In this document: positions 27,963 through 38,184 of the stretch, piece after piece | Layout: each line of letters starts with the position of its first letter | How positions within the stretch are numbered: the stretch's first letter is position 1 | Source: a virus | Lineage: Duplodnaviria > Caudoviricetes | DNA length: 62,553 nucleotides | Direction: 5' to 3' (one strand) | IMG/VR virus record: IMGVR_UViG_3300029893_000475 | Coordinates: 1 to 62,553 of that record | Made by a program: the position numbers and the translations under genes | The notes under the pieces: model-generated | Seen by the model: the letters and a program-made list of their open reading frames with translations, nothing else | Database searches by the model: none | Told to the model about the DNA's origin: nothing

Positions 27963-29323
27963 AAATTTTTATAAATTTTATTTCGTTTATAGAATTGATT
28001 TTTTAATAGTGAGATTTTGTTGTCCACAAAATCTATTAAAATTGCCTCTTTTTTAGTATTTGTTTTTCTCATTAGTCTGCCTAATGTTTGTTTTAACCTT
28101 GTTTCTGATTGAATGGGGGCACATAGCACAATTAGATCTAACTGTGGTATATCTATCCCTGTACTAAAAAGTGAATAAGTGGAGATAATTTTCTTACATT
28201 TGCCATTTAACACTTTTTGCATAATATCCTTTCGTTCTTTTTTGTTTATTTCAGAAGTTAAAATTTCTGCCTCTTCCCCTAATTTTTCTTTCAAAATTTT
28301 TATTTGTGACAGTCTGTTGCACAATAAACACATGTTTTTATCTTTATATTCTTCTCGATTTATTGTATCAACAATAAATTGATTTCTTTCTTCGTTTTCA
28401 GACAAATCAGTAATTAAGGTTTGATATTCATTGCTTGAAAAAATAGGAAAATTATAATTGGTATCTATCCTTACAATATTTGGTTTTATAAGAACATCTT
28501 CTAATTTAACAAGCGGTACGGCATAAATTTTTGGCCCTGTTGCAAAATGTATAACTTCTGTTAAGCCATCATCTCTGTATGGAGTGGCTGTAAATCCGAA
28601 TTTATACTTAGCAGAAAGTTTTGTCATAGTGTTATAATATGTGTTTGCTCCTACAATATGAACTTCATCTGCTATTATTTGTCCAAACCACTCATTTATT
28701 AAATTAAATTTTTCATCATCCATTTTTGCCATGCTCTGGTGTAGAGCTACTGTTATAGGTCTAATAACTAATTTACCATCACCAATAAAGCCTATATCCT
28801 CTTCTTTTAAATTAGTAAAATTTGTAAAGGCTTTAATCGTTTGATTCGCTAATTCTATTGTATGTACTAATATTAATGTGGGTTCTTGTCTTTTAACCGT
28901 TAAAGCCACAAAAATTATAGTTTTACCAGAACCTGTCATAGCTTCTATTATACCTATAGTTTTTTGCATGCATATATCCACTACATCTTTTTGATAATCT
29001 CGCAATTTACCAGTAAACACTATTTTATTAAAAAATTCTGGATCAGGATTAGATACGCGATTGTCAATAATAGTTATATCGGTTATTTTTTCATTTTTAG
29101 CAGCTTCTATAATAGAAGGCAATATTCCTACAGGCACAATAATAGACTCTTTTCCTAAGATAGTATAATAACTTAATACCGAGTGTATATTCCACAAAGA
29201 TAGACCTAAATCTAATCTTTTAAAAAATAGAGGATTATCTATAGTTAAAATATTTTTTATATAATTTTTAAAATTATTTGGAATATCACTGATAATAGCT
29301 TTACTCGAAACTATTATTAACAT
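27947..29323 (-). CDS. superfamily 2 DExH helicase (UvsW/XPB-like)
   Basis: LRDYQ, TGSGKT, ADEVH, TATP, GIDIP, QTLGRLMR. Confidence 0.9.
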   Translation of the reverse strand: MLIIVSSKAIISDIPNNFKNYIKNILTIDNPLFFKRLDLGLSLWNIHSVLSYYTILGKESIIVPVGILPSIIEAAKNEKITDITIIDNRVSNPDPEFFNKIVFTGKLRDYQKDVVDICMQKTIGIIEAMTGSGKTIIFVALTVKRQEPTLILVHTIELANQTIKAFTNFTNLKEEDIGFIGDGKLVIRPITVALHQSMAKMDDEKFNLINEWFGQIIADEVHIVGANTYYNTMTKLSAKYKFGFTATPYRDDGLTEVIHFATGPKIYAVPLVKLEDVLIKPNIVRIDTNYNFPIFSSNEYQTLITDLSENEERNQFIVDTINREEYKDKNMCLLCNRLSQIKILKEKLGEEAEILTSEINKKERKDIMQKVLNGKCKKIISTYSLFSTGIDIPQLDLIVLCAPIQSETRLKQTLGRLMRKTNTKKEAILIDFVDNKISLLKNQFYKRNKIYKNLWSEK

Positions 29324-29370
29324 AAAAAATTTTGATTAAAATTTTAAATAGCCTTAATGCTACTTCTCTT

Positions 29371-29379
29371 CTTATACCA
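29371..29379 (-). promoter_or_regulatory. candidate extended -10 promoter for the leftward replication block
   Basis: TGGTATAAG (TGnTATAAT-like) about 50 nt upstream of the helicase start in the divergent intergenic region. Confidence 0.35.
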
Positions 29380-29396
29380 ATATTCTTGGCTTACTA

Positions 29397-29425
29397 TTGA
29401 AAAATACAAATTAAATACTTATATT
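29397..29425 (+). promoter_or_regulatory. sigma70-type promoter for the tail operon
   Basis: TTGAAA-N17-TATATT upstream of 29465; the same architecture recurs at 45706. Confidence 0.55.
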
Positions 29426-29464
29426 GAATATATAGATATTTAACCTAAAATCAAAAGGAATAAT

Positions 29465-29872
29465 ATGACAGAAACAGCAAGAATTTTAGAAGAGATTTTT
29501 GACAAGGGTTTTGCTACAAAAGAAGTGGAAGTTATAGAAGGTAAATTAAAGGCTGTAATTTCTACTTTAGCAGCAAAAGATCAGTTGGAAATTGAAGAAT
29601 TCATGAATCGAGACAAAATTAAAAATAATCCGGCAGCTTATGTAATACATTTATACAGTATAAAATTATTGTCTAAAACAATTGTTTCCTATGGAGATAA
29701 AAAATTTAAAGATGCTAATGAAGCATATGATTTTTTAGGCGGGTTGGCGAATGCAATTGTAGATAAATTAGTAAAAGCTCAAAATGCGTTAGAAAAGGAT
29801 GTTAGAAAAGCACTAAATTCGGAGACGATTGACGAAAATTTTTCCGTTCCGGGTTCCTCTTCAGGAAATTAA
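29465..29872 (+). CDS. tail assembly chaperone (gpG-like)
   Basis: 135-aa helical protein upstream of the tape measure gene, with a slippery heptamer near its 3' end. Confidence 0.7.
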   Translation: MTETARILEEIFDKGFATKEVEVIEGKLKAVISTLAAKDQLEIEEFMNRDKIKNNPAAYVIHLYSIKLLSKTIVSYGDKKFKDANEAYDFLGGLANAIVDKLVKAQNALEKDVRKALNSETIDENFSVPGSSSGN

Positions 29873-30246
29873 GAGCAGCAACAAAAACAGATTTAGGTGA
29901 ACCCGGTAGTCTAAAAGAAGCTTTACTTATAAAAGCTATAGATAAAGAATATGAATTACGTTATATAGAACATTTATTATTGATTAATGCAACTTTAGCT
30001 GCAAGCGGTAAAGTAGAAATTTCAACTGTAAATAAACTTCTTAATGAATATAATAACACTATTTTTGGAAAAGCTACTACTAAACAATCTATATCCGAAA
30101 AAGATACATTGCAGGAAAAAATGAAAGGATTTAGGGCTTTGTTTACAAATAAACAAGTAAAATTTAAACCTGTTGTTGGGGAAAAAATTAAAGCTGAATT
30201 TAAGAATATTGGCTTAAAAGAATTACTTAATATGGAGAAAAAATAA
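29836..30246 (+). CDS. -1 frameshift extension of the tail assembly chaperone (gpGT-like, ~260-aa fusion)
   Basis: A AAT TTT heptamer at 29836-29842 is in frame with 29465. The -1 frame is open from 29833 to the stop at 30246 and contains the track's 29980 ORF. Confidence 0.75.
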   Translation, partial: KFFRSGFLFRKLRAATKTDLGEPGSLKEALLIKAIDKEYELRYIEHLLLINATLAASGKVEISTVNKLLNEYNNTIFGKATTKQSISEKDTLQEKMKGFRALFTNKQVKFKPVVGEKIKAEFKNIGLKELLNMEKK

Positions 30247-33200
30247 GTGTTAGATGATCCTATTATAAATGCAGAAGAGAATGTTGTTACTTATAAGGTA
30301 GTACTGGATCCAAGTGATATAGCTAGACAAGCGGAAGAAATTAGAAATCAGTTAGATCAAGCCTTAACTGTAGACAACACCACACAATTTGTAGGATCCA
30401 CAGAATTTGTTACTCCACAATTTAATTATCAGTCTCCGGAATTTACACCGCTTATCGGTAATTTTTCACCACCAGTTGATGCGGAAGGTTTTGAGAATGT
30501 AAAAGCTCAAATAACCTCTATATATGAGGACATTGCTACTGGATTAACTAAAATAAGACAGGATATGTCTATGCTAGTTGATGGGACTGCAAATCTTACT
30601 CAAGGCAGTTTACCTATAGGTGGTTTTGCTGAAGACCGCTATGCAACCTTATTACCAGATACTTTACCTGAAAAGATTTTAGCTTCATTGGGGTTAGGAG
30701 GAGACATTACCGGCCCTATAGCGCCTAGTGAATATCAACAATATGCGGAAACATCATTACGTGAAGGTTTTAAAGACGTTTTACAAAATCCAGGAGAGTT
30801 TATATCAAGTGTAACGGACGACTGGGCAGGAGCTGGTCCTGTAGGTTTAGCTACATATTTAGGAGCGCATTTTTTACCGGTGGTAGGTCCAGCTTTAACT
30901 GCTGCAGAAACTATAGGCTTAGCAGATGAATGGTTATCAGGTGCTTATAACAAAAGAGAAGATTTGGCAGGTGGTTTGCAAGAAATAGCAGCCCAACAAT
31001 TTGGTGTAATAAGTGACAAAGAAGCAAGAAGTATGGCACAAAATGTATTAGATTTTGTGAATTCTTATCAGGGGTATGCTCAGGAATATAGTATAGAAGA
31101 GGTATCTTCAAATATATTACAATTTGCAAATGAGGGTGGTTTTGCTAGTACGACTAATGCAAAAGAAATGCAAAATTGGATAACCACTCTGACAGAAGAA
31201 ATGCGTCAAATTGCTAGAAACTTGGGAGTTTTTCAGGAAGAAGCAGTAAGTATTGTAGCAGAGCTTGCACAAAAATCTATGGTTACTTCAGAAACTATTA
31301 GAGATCTTACTGAACAAGTGAAATATTATGGAGGTATATTACAGCGTGATCCTGTTGAACTTCTGCAGGGGGCAGCAATAACAGCGGAACAATTTAGACA
31401 AACCGGAATGTTCCAAACTCCAGAAACAGCTATGCAGATTTATTTTGACGCTAATGTCGAAGCCCAAAGATTAATAAAAAGCAACGACCCCTTTGTGCAA
31501 TCTTCTGTATATAGAATGGGAGGGGTTCAAGGGGTAACACAAGGTCTTATTTCCATGTATGGTTCTTATCAAAATTCTATGCTAGGCGATTATACTACAA
31601 TGTTTCAGTCTGTGGGTGGTTCAGGTAGTAATATTAACGATGTTATAGCCGGTATTGGTCAAAATTTTTCTAATCTGAATGATTATACCTGGTATTTAGG
31701 CCGAGGTAGAGAACAAACATTAGCTAAACAAGATGTAATAGAAGCACAATTTAATTATATAGAAACTTTAGCTAGTATATATCAAACATTAAATGGAGAA
31801 ATACCTTCTTGGGAACATCTAGAAGGTTTTGCACAGCTGCCTGGTATTAAAGAAATGACAGGAACAAATTTAACCTCGGATCAAATTAGAACAGCTGTAC
31901 AAACTGTAAAATCCTTAGTAACTGAAACTTTAACAGGAAAAAATCCTCAAGAAATGTTAAAATATGGAAAAATTGTTTCTTTATTAAAATCCGCAGAAGA
32001 AGAAGCACAAACCACTCTTATTGGTGAAATTAACGCAAATACTATTAGATATATTGATGAATTTGGTAGAGAAATTTCTTATGGTTATGGGGGCCTAAAG
32101 AAAGAATCAGTAGATCAATTAGAGAGTCTTACTACCCATAGAATAGATACATATGGAAATCGTACTTATGGTGGCTTTTCATTACTTAAATCTGCTGTTG
32201 AAACTGGGTTATCGAATGTTTTTGGAGGCAGCTCTCCATTTTCTCCTCTAGAAAGTAGAGATGAGCAATTAAAAAACGGAGATTACACAATATATGTTGA
32301 TCTTGACACAGAATTTGTCAGAAAGCAGGTTAGTGCCGGTCGATATAGTTTAGTAGGACAAGATATCGAAAAGAAAATTAGAATGGATAAAGAACAAGAA
32401 GCTATAGATTTTTTAAGTAAGAGGTACAATATTAATATAAAAGATAGAACAGAATTATATACTAAAGATATACAAAATCTTTTAAAACCACAAAAACTGG
32501 ATCAAGCATCAATTCAAGCTTTTCAGGATATGATGTGGGGGGTAGATAGTAGCATTACCGAGGATGAAAAATTTGCTATGAAGATGTGGAGTAATACACC
32601 TGTCATATCAATGAGTACTCAATCTTATTATAAGGAACAGATTGAAGATTTTATTGAAAATAATATGGACGCATTAAAAGATGAGCAGGGCAATTTTTAT
32701 TCTTTAGAAACAATTATGGATATTTTTGCTAGTAATATAAAACCTCCAAAAGAAGGTATGTCCGATAATTTAATAAAACAAATTATTTTTCAAGCAAGTG
32801 AAGAACAGACGAATCAAGAATTTAGACAAAAAATGATTGATAAAGAAGAAGCTAAGTCAAGAGGACGTAAAGTTTGGGATATTTTGGAAGAAGGGGATAA
32901 ATTAAGAAACGAATATTTTGATAATTTACAAAAGAACTATGATAAGACCATTGTTGCTGATAAAGAAGCTTTAAAAAAACATTTACGAACTTCTCAGATG
33001 CAATTGGAAGGTACAGTAAGAGAAAGATATGAAAATATAATTGAACAAGTTTTAGATGAATTTTCTACATCAAAAGAACAACTAAGCCCTGAAGAATTAG
33101 AAATAAAATTTTTAGAACGAACAAAAGAACTATATAATCAACAAATAACACAATTAAATAAAAATTTTCCTGGAGTAAATAATTATGCAGAGTGGGACGA

Positions 33201-33759
33201 CACAAATTTAGCTACAACTACTCGCAAATTATTTGCTTCTGGTGTTGGTGGTGACATATTTAAAAATTTCACCGAAACAATAAGTAAACGTAATGTTGCT
33301 GAAACACAGCAAGCTGTTTACAAAGCTGTAGAAGAAAGAGTAAGTAAATACAGGGATGCTACACAGTTAGACTTAAATTCAGCCGATATTGCTACCGCTT
33401 TATATACAATATTACCACAACAAGCTGCTTCTGGTCAAGGCATAGACATACCCAACCTAACAAATCAACAGCTTGAAGCAGCATCCAGACTAGTGAATGC
33501 CTTAAAAGAGAGTACAGATTTAAGTGGTGTTACTGTTGATGCTATAAAAAATTTTGCAAAACAATATAATATAGGAGAAAAAGATGTATATGATAAATTG
33601 AAAATTACACAGGAACAAATTCAACAGGTAAATGATAAAGAAATAGGTAACAATGTAGATAAAATAAAAACTGATCTCGAAAGGATCAGAATTATGATAT
33701 CTGGCAAATTGAATTATAAATGGGAACCAACTAGTACAGGTAAACAAGAAAAACCATGA
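30247..33759 (+). CDS. tape measure protein
   Basis: 1170 aa, helical, A/Q/E-rich with Gly-rich hydrophobic segments, immediately after the chaperone frameshift pair. Confidence 0.7.
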   Translation: MLDDPIINAEENVVTYKVVLDPSDIARQAEEIRNQLDQALTVDNTTQFVGSTEFVTPQFNYQSPEFTPLIGNFSPPVDAEGFENVKAQITSIYEDIATGLTKIRQDMSMLVDGTANLTQGSLPIGGFAEDRYATLLPDTLPEKILASLGLGGDITGPIAPSEYQQYAETSLREGFKDVLQNPGEFISSVTDDWAGAGPVGLATYLGAHFLPVVGPALTAAETIGLADEWLSGAYNKREDLAGGLQEIAAQQFGVISDKEARSMAQNVLDFVNSYQGYAQEYSIEEVSSNILQFANEGGFASTTNAKEMQNWITTLTEEMRQIARNLGVFQEEAVSIVAELAQKSMVTSETIRDLTEQVKYYGGILQRDPVELLQGAAITAEQFRQTGMFQTPETAMQIYFDANVEAQRLIKSNDPFVQSSVYRMGGVQGVTQGLISMYGSYQNSMLGDYTTMFQSVGGSGSNINDVIAGIGQNFSNLNDYTWYLGRGREQTLAKQDVIEAQFNYIETLASIYQTLNGEIPSWEHLEGFAQLPGIKEMTGTNLTSDQIRTAVQTVKSLVTETLTGKNPQEMLKYGKIVSLLKSAEEEAQTTLIGEINANTIRYIDEFGREISYGYGGLKKESVDQLESLTTHRIDTYGNRTYGGFSLLKSAVETGLSNVFGGSSPFSPLESRDEQLKNGDYTIYVDLDTEFVRKQVSAGRYSLVGQDIEKKIRMDKEQEAIDFLSKRYNINIKDRTELYTKDIQNLLKPQKLDQASIQAFQDMMWGVDSSITEDEKFAMKMWSNTPVISMSTQSYYKEQIEDFIENNMDALKDEQGNFYSLETIMDIFASNIKPPKEGMSDNLIKQIIFQASEEQTNQEFRQKMIDKEEAKSRGRKVWDILEEGDKLRNEYFDNLQKNYDKTIVADKEALKKHLRTSQMQLEGTVRERYENIIEQVLDEFSTSKEQLSPEELEIKFLERTKELYNQQITQLNKNFPGVNNYAEWDDTNLATTTRKLFASGVGGDIFKNFTETISKRNVAETQQAVYKAVEERVSKYRDATQLDLNSADIATALYTILPQQAASGQGIDIPNLTNQQLEAASRLVNALKESTDLSGVTVDAIKNFAKQYNIGEKDVYDKLKITQEQIQQVNDKEIGNNVDKIKTDLERIRIMISGKLNYKWEPTSTGKQEKP

Positions 33760-36347
33760 ATATACAACAACCAAAAGTAGATTTAAAAAATAATTTTGAG
33801 TTATATCTTGAAGGTATAAAAGTGGATTTTTTATCCATAACAATTTCAGAACGTGAAGGTAACATACCTGCAGCTAATATTGTGTTTCCGTCAAATCAAA
33901 ATGTCCTAAGAATTTTACCTGGTACTATAGTACAAATATTTGGCTATTATTACCTAGAAGATAAATACTTTTTGTTGTTTGAAGGTGAAGTTACAGGCAT
34001 AGCTGTTGAAAAAACCGGTTCTAGTAAAATAATATCATTAAATGCAATCTCTTTACTTGGTTCAATGATTAAAGCCAAATTTCGTCCTTCGGATGCGATA
34101 TTGACAAAAGAATTAAAGGATGCTACAGGAGTACAAGCAACAAATGTACAAATATATAATAACAAGGGAGAAAACAGCTCCATAAGTCCAACGACTTCTG
34201 GAGAATTAAAAGATATAAAAAATGAAAAATCAACTATTATTAATGGTTCATCTAAAGAAAAAGGTATTAATGCTGTTTTTAAATTAGTAGATGATTTTCA
34301 AAAAATGCTAGCAGATGATCAACCTGGGGGAAAAGGTGATTTTATTCCGATGCTTCAACAATTTAATATTTATTTTGAGAACAATGATTTATACTACGGT
34401 TTAAAATCTTTATCATATAAATTTGGGAGATCTATTTTTGCTTCGCCTAATCCTGAACTATTAAATAAAATAAAAATAGATTTATTTTACGAAGTTTTAA
34501 ATGCACTACAGTCAGGTATCTCTGATGCTTTTGGGGAAACCCCATACACACTAATGCATGTTTTAACAGAGTTTCAAAGATACTTACATTACCATTTCAT
34601 ATCCCCTGCAAGTTATACTGCTTGTAAGCCTTTTTATATTAACACTATCCCAGTAGATTGGGAACCTTTAAGAATTATTTACACTCCTAGATTAGAAGCA
34701 GGACCTCCTGCTTTATGTAACATTTTCTTTCCGGAACAAGTGGATAGTTCTACTTATGCAAGAGATATGATGAACGAACCTACCAGGGTTATAGGAAAGG
34801 CTACTATACCATTATTAAATAACCTTAACAAAGTAATAGATTTTTCTCCTATTGCTGTCTATCCTACATTAAATTTTGATCCGAATAAGGCTATAGGAAA
34901 TTTTACAACAGAGGAAACTTATAGAGGTATAAACTACAAAATTGTTAGTTACAGTAATTTGCATAGTGACGTAGTTAGTAAAAAAACCATTGATACAAAA
35001 GATGGTAAAAAAACAACTAAATATAGAAAAATAAATTCAGAAGAGATGGAAAAAGGTGAAATAGGTTATTTAATAAGACCTTTCGCCTATATGGATTATT
35101 TGGATTTAAAATATGCTTCGCGAAATGTAAGTATCAATAGTGAATGGAATCCTTATAGAATGATAGGCTTGCCTGGATTATTACTAGATTCAGATGGTAT
35201 ATCTTTTGTTGGGATCGTAAGTTCAATTGATACAACAATTTCAGCACAAGGGCAAGCATGGTCTAGAGTAAGTTTTAGGAATGCTAGAATTGTTTTTGAT
35301 GATGAGTTTGAAACTTCTGTTTTTTCTAAAACACCAACTGATAATCAGGAAAATTTAGAAAAATATGTTATTCACGATTTAACAAACGACGGAATGATAG
35401 CAACAAATGAACTTTTATACAATCAAGATTTATATAGTTTTGAAAATATAGGTAAAGATGTTTATACATATATTACTAATGGTATGCTTTCACCTAATGA
35501 AGGTTTCTTAAATGTAAAAAATAAATATGGTATTTTTACTTATACTGAAGATAAATTAGAAAATAAAAATTTTAATTTTAATATTTATAATAAAGAAGAC
35601 AGTTCAATTCTATTTTTCTTACCTGTAAAAGATGGAAAATATAATTTTGAAATCCCAGAATTATATAACACAAAAACAGAAATAAAAAACACGTATTTAC
35701 TATATAAAGCAATAAAAGAATTAAGAGCCCTATATGAACAAAAGAAATATAAAATTGTTAACAACGAAAAACAATATGATATGAATCAAGTCTATAATTT
35801 CATTTATGCAATAAACAGGAGAAATGTTATTACTAAAGAATCATATTTTAATTTTATAGGCGCAAATCCAAATAGAAAGTCATTACTTGATGATGCACAC
35901 GATGCTAAGAAAATTTTTGATGAAGGTGCTTCTAAATTAAGGGATATAATATTACAAAATTCTGGGCAACAGTTTGAAAAAATTATAACCAACTCTAAAT
36001 TGGAGGAAGAGGTCTTAAAAAAGAAATTAAAAACTTTAAATAAACAATTGGAAAAAAAATTAGCCGAATTAAAACTAGCAGAGCAGCTTTATAGTGGTAC
36101 AGCAACATCACATTCAAATATAATTTCAGATTATGAGAACGAAATAAAAGCTATAAAAACAGAGATAAGTCAAATAACCCAAGACTTAAAAAACAATACC
36201 ATTAAACTACAGCCTGAAGAAATAAAAGAAACTGAGATGTACAAACCTTACAATATTACAAGGCGAATGCATGTTATTTATGCATTAAAAGGTATTAATG
36301 ATTTAATTATTAATGATGATAAACTAAAATTAACGGTGATGAAATAA
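33756..36347 (+). CDS. putative baseplate hub / tail-associated protein
   Basis: Follows the TMP; N-terminal LYLEGIKV...LLFEGEVTG and WNPYRMIGLPG pattern like hub proteins; C-terminal coiled coil. Confidence 0.5.
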   Translation: MNIQQPKVDLKNNFELYLEGIKVDFLSITISEREGNIPAANIVFPSNQNVLRILPGTIVQIFGYYYLEDKYFLLFEGEVTGIAVEKTGSSKIISLNAISLLGSMIKAKFRPSDAILTKELKDATGVQATNVQIYNNKGENSSISPTTSGELKDIKNEKSTIINGSSKEKGINAVFKLVDDFQKMLADDQPGGKGDFIPMLQQFNIYFENNDLYYGLKSLSYKFGRSIFASPNPELLNKIKIDLFYEVLNALQSGISDAFGETPYTLMHVLTEFQRYLHYHFISPASYTACKPFYINTIPVDWEPLRIIYTPRLEAGPPALCNIFFPEQVDSSTYARDMMNEPTRVIGKATIPLLNNLNKVIDFSPIAVYPTLNFDPNKAIGNFTTEETYRGINYKIVSYSNLHSDVVSKKTIDTKDGKKTTKYRKINSEEMEKGEIGYLIRPFAYMDYLDLKYASRNVSINSEWNPYRMIGLPGLLLDSDGISFVGIVSSIDTTISAQGQAWSRVSFRNARIVFDDEFETSVFSKTPTDNQENLEKYVIHDLTNDGMIATNELLYNQDLYSFENIGKDVYTYITNGMLSPNEGFLNVKNKYGIFTYTEDKLENKNFNFNIYNKEDSSILFFLPVKDGKYNFEIPELYNTKTEIKNTYLLYKAIKELRALYEQKKYKIVNNEKQYDMNQVYNFIYAINRRNVITKESYFNFIGANPNRKSLLDDAHDAKKIFDEGASKLRDIILQNSGQQFEKIITNSKLEEEVLKKKLKTLNKQLEKKLAELKLAEQLYSGTATSHSNIISDYENEIKAIKTEISQITQDLKNNTIKLQPEEIKETEMYKPYNITRRMHVIYALKGINDLIINDDKLKLTVMK

Positions 36348-37462
36348 TGTCAGCTACAGAATTATTTATATTATCTGATATGAAAAATAGATTATCAGAG
36401 CCACAAAATGAAAATTATTTACAAGAAATTCTTGGTGGTGAGCTTACTCTACAAAAATATGGTCAAATTATAAAACCTTTTATCAAAACTAAAAGTGCTC
36501 CAGATAATTTATCTGATGAAATACATACAAAAGCAAATACAGAAGCCGTTATTATGGTTTTGGAAAAGTCAGGAATTATAAAATATATTACTAATAAATT
36601 TTACCTTTCTTCTATGCAAATGTCTATGAAAGAAAAACTTCAATTAATGGAGACATTTGGTGCTGCAAATATTTCATTTTTTGGAGAAACTGCCAGAGTA
36701 TATACCTTTTCAGCAACAACCATTGATTCTGCTAGTCAAAGTTCTGGGATAGAACGAGGTAAATATTACTATCAAAGCAGTATATTAAAAATGTATAATG
36801 AAGTTCTTAGAGGATCACAACTTATTAAGGAAGATAGAATAGCAGTTATAAAGGTAACCAATCATTTAATATATGGTTATCCATTAAATTTACAGGTTAA
36901 TTATAATGCTTCTAATGATCCTGTTACTTCTTTTGCGTTTAGTTTTGTAGTTGCTGAACATTCATTAGAATTACCAGACGTAGTAACCGAAAAATACTTA
37001 GAAAAAATGTATTCTACTGATGCACATATAAATAATCAAGCTATATTTAATTTTTTACTTAAAATTGATCATCTAATATTAAAAATAAACAACATACTGG
37101 ATACCAGAGTAAATGGTGAAGACTATGGTACAACTGGTACAATAGAATCTGTGCAAAATTCTCCTTTTACTTTTTATAAACATCAGACACAACAAATGAA
37201 AAAAGCTTTCTCCAGTTTATTATTAAGTAATATATCTGCTTTAAAGACTGCTATAGGTAGTGCCCTTGATGGTGAAATTTCTCCTCTGGTTCATTCTAAG
37301 GTGCCTCCACATATATTAGATAAATTACTTGCTTTAATTCCTAACATGTTTGACTCTGAAGAAACATATAATAATGTAGCAACAACTTTAAAAAGTTTGA
37401 GTATTTTAAAAAAAGAATTGATTATATTTAAATCTTATAGAATGAATAGGAGTGTAGATTAA
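36347..37462 (+). CDS. putative baseplate / tube-initiator protein
   Basis: EKLQLMETFG...FFGE..RVYTFS tube-like pattern; position in the tail module. Confidence 0.4.
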   Translation: MSATELFILSDMKNRLSEPQNENYLQEILGGELTLQKYGQIIKPFIKTKSAPDNLSDEIHTKANTEAVIMVLEKSGIIKYITNKFYLSSMQMSMKEKLQLMETFGAANISFFGETARVYTFSATTIDSASQSSGIERGKYYYQSSILKMYNEVLRGSQLIKEDRIAVIKVTNHLIYGYPLNLQVNYNASNDPVTSFAFSFVVAEHSLELPDVVTEKYLEKMYSTDAHINNQAIFNFLLKIDHLILKINNILDTRVNGEDYGTTGTIESVQNSPFTFYKHQTQQMKKAFSSLLLSNISALKTAIGSALDGEISPLVHSKVPPHILDKLLALIPNMFDSEETYNNVATTLKSLSILKKELIIFKSYRMNRSVD

Positions 37463-38184
37463 TGTCAAAAAATATTTATAAAGAGCGAGAAATTGAATTA
37501 TATAATCAATGGAGAATGGGAAAAGAAGAAGCTAAAACCGAATTATTAAGCTCTTTAGAACCATTAATAAAAAAACAAGTTAGTAAATTTTATAATTCTG
37601 GTTTACCTGAATTTGCTATTCGTGCAGAAGGTTATAGATTAGCTGATACAGCTTTAAGTACTTATGATCCTAATAAAGCACAACTAAATACTCATATAAC
37701 AAATTACTTAAAAAAATTAAGTAGATTTGTTACTAATTATCAAAATGTGGGGCATATTCCAGAACCTAGGGCTTTAATGATAGGTAAATATAAGACTATA
37801 TATTCTAATTTAGAATCTTATCTAGGCAGAGAACCGACAGTATTAGAACTTTCTGATGCCATGCAAGTTTCGCCTGCGGAAATTGAAAGATTGCAAACAG
37901 AGCTGCGAGCAGATTTATCTTTAACCTTATCTGAAGAAGATGAAGATGAAGGAGGCTTTTATGAATTTACACAGACTGAGCCAGATCCTAGAGTTAAGCA
38001 AGCAATAGAGGCTGTTTATTTTGAAGCGGACCCGATAGACAAAAAAATACTAGAATATCATTTTGGTTTGTATGGTTCACAAAAATTAAAAAGCAGAGAA
38101 ATCGCAAAAAAACTTAAACTAAATGATGCGGAACTAAAAGCTAGAAAAACTAAACTAAGTAAAGAAATAAACGAGTTAATTTAA
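37462..38184 (+). CDS. divergent phage sigma-70-family factor (FliA/SigF-like)
   Basis: Region 2-like ELLSSLEPLIKKQV...YDPNKAQLNTH, region 3 LGREPTVLELSDAM, region 4 HTH SREIAKKLKL. Confidence 0.75.
   Translation: MSKNIYKEREIELYNQWRMGKEEAKTELLSSLEPLIKKQVSKFYNSGLPEFAIRAEGYRLADTALSTYDPNKAQLNTHITNYLKKLSRFVTNYQNVGHIPEPRALMIGKYKTIYSNLESYLGREPTVLELSDAMQVSPAEIERLQTELRADLSLTLSEEDEDEGGFYEFTQTEPDPRVKQAIEAVYFEADPIDKKILEYHFGLYGSQKLKSREIAKKLKLNDAELKARKTKLSKEINELI

Noticed and set aside
29980-30246. Stand-alone 88-aa gene starting at TTG 29980
   Set aside because: No SD; the frame is open back to 29833 and is better explained as the -1 frameshift extension of 29465.
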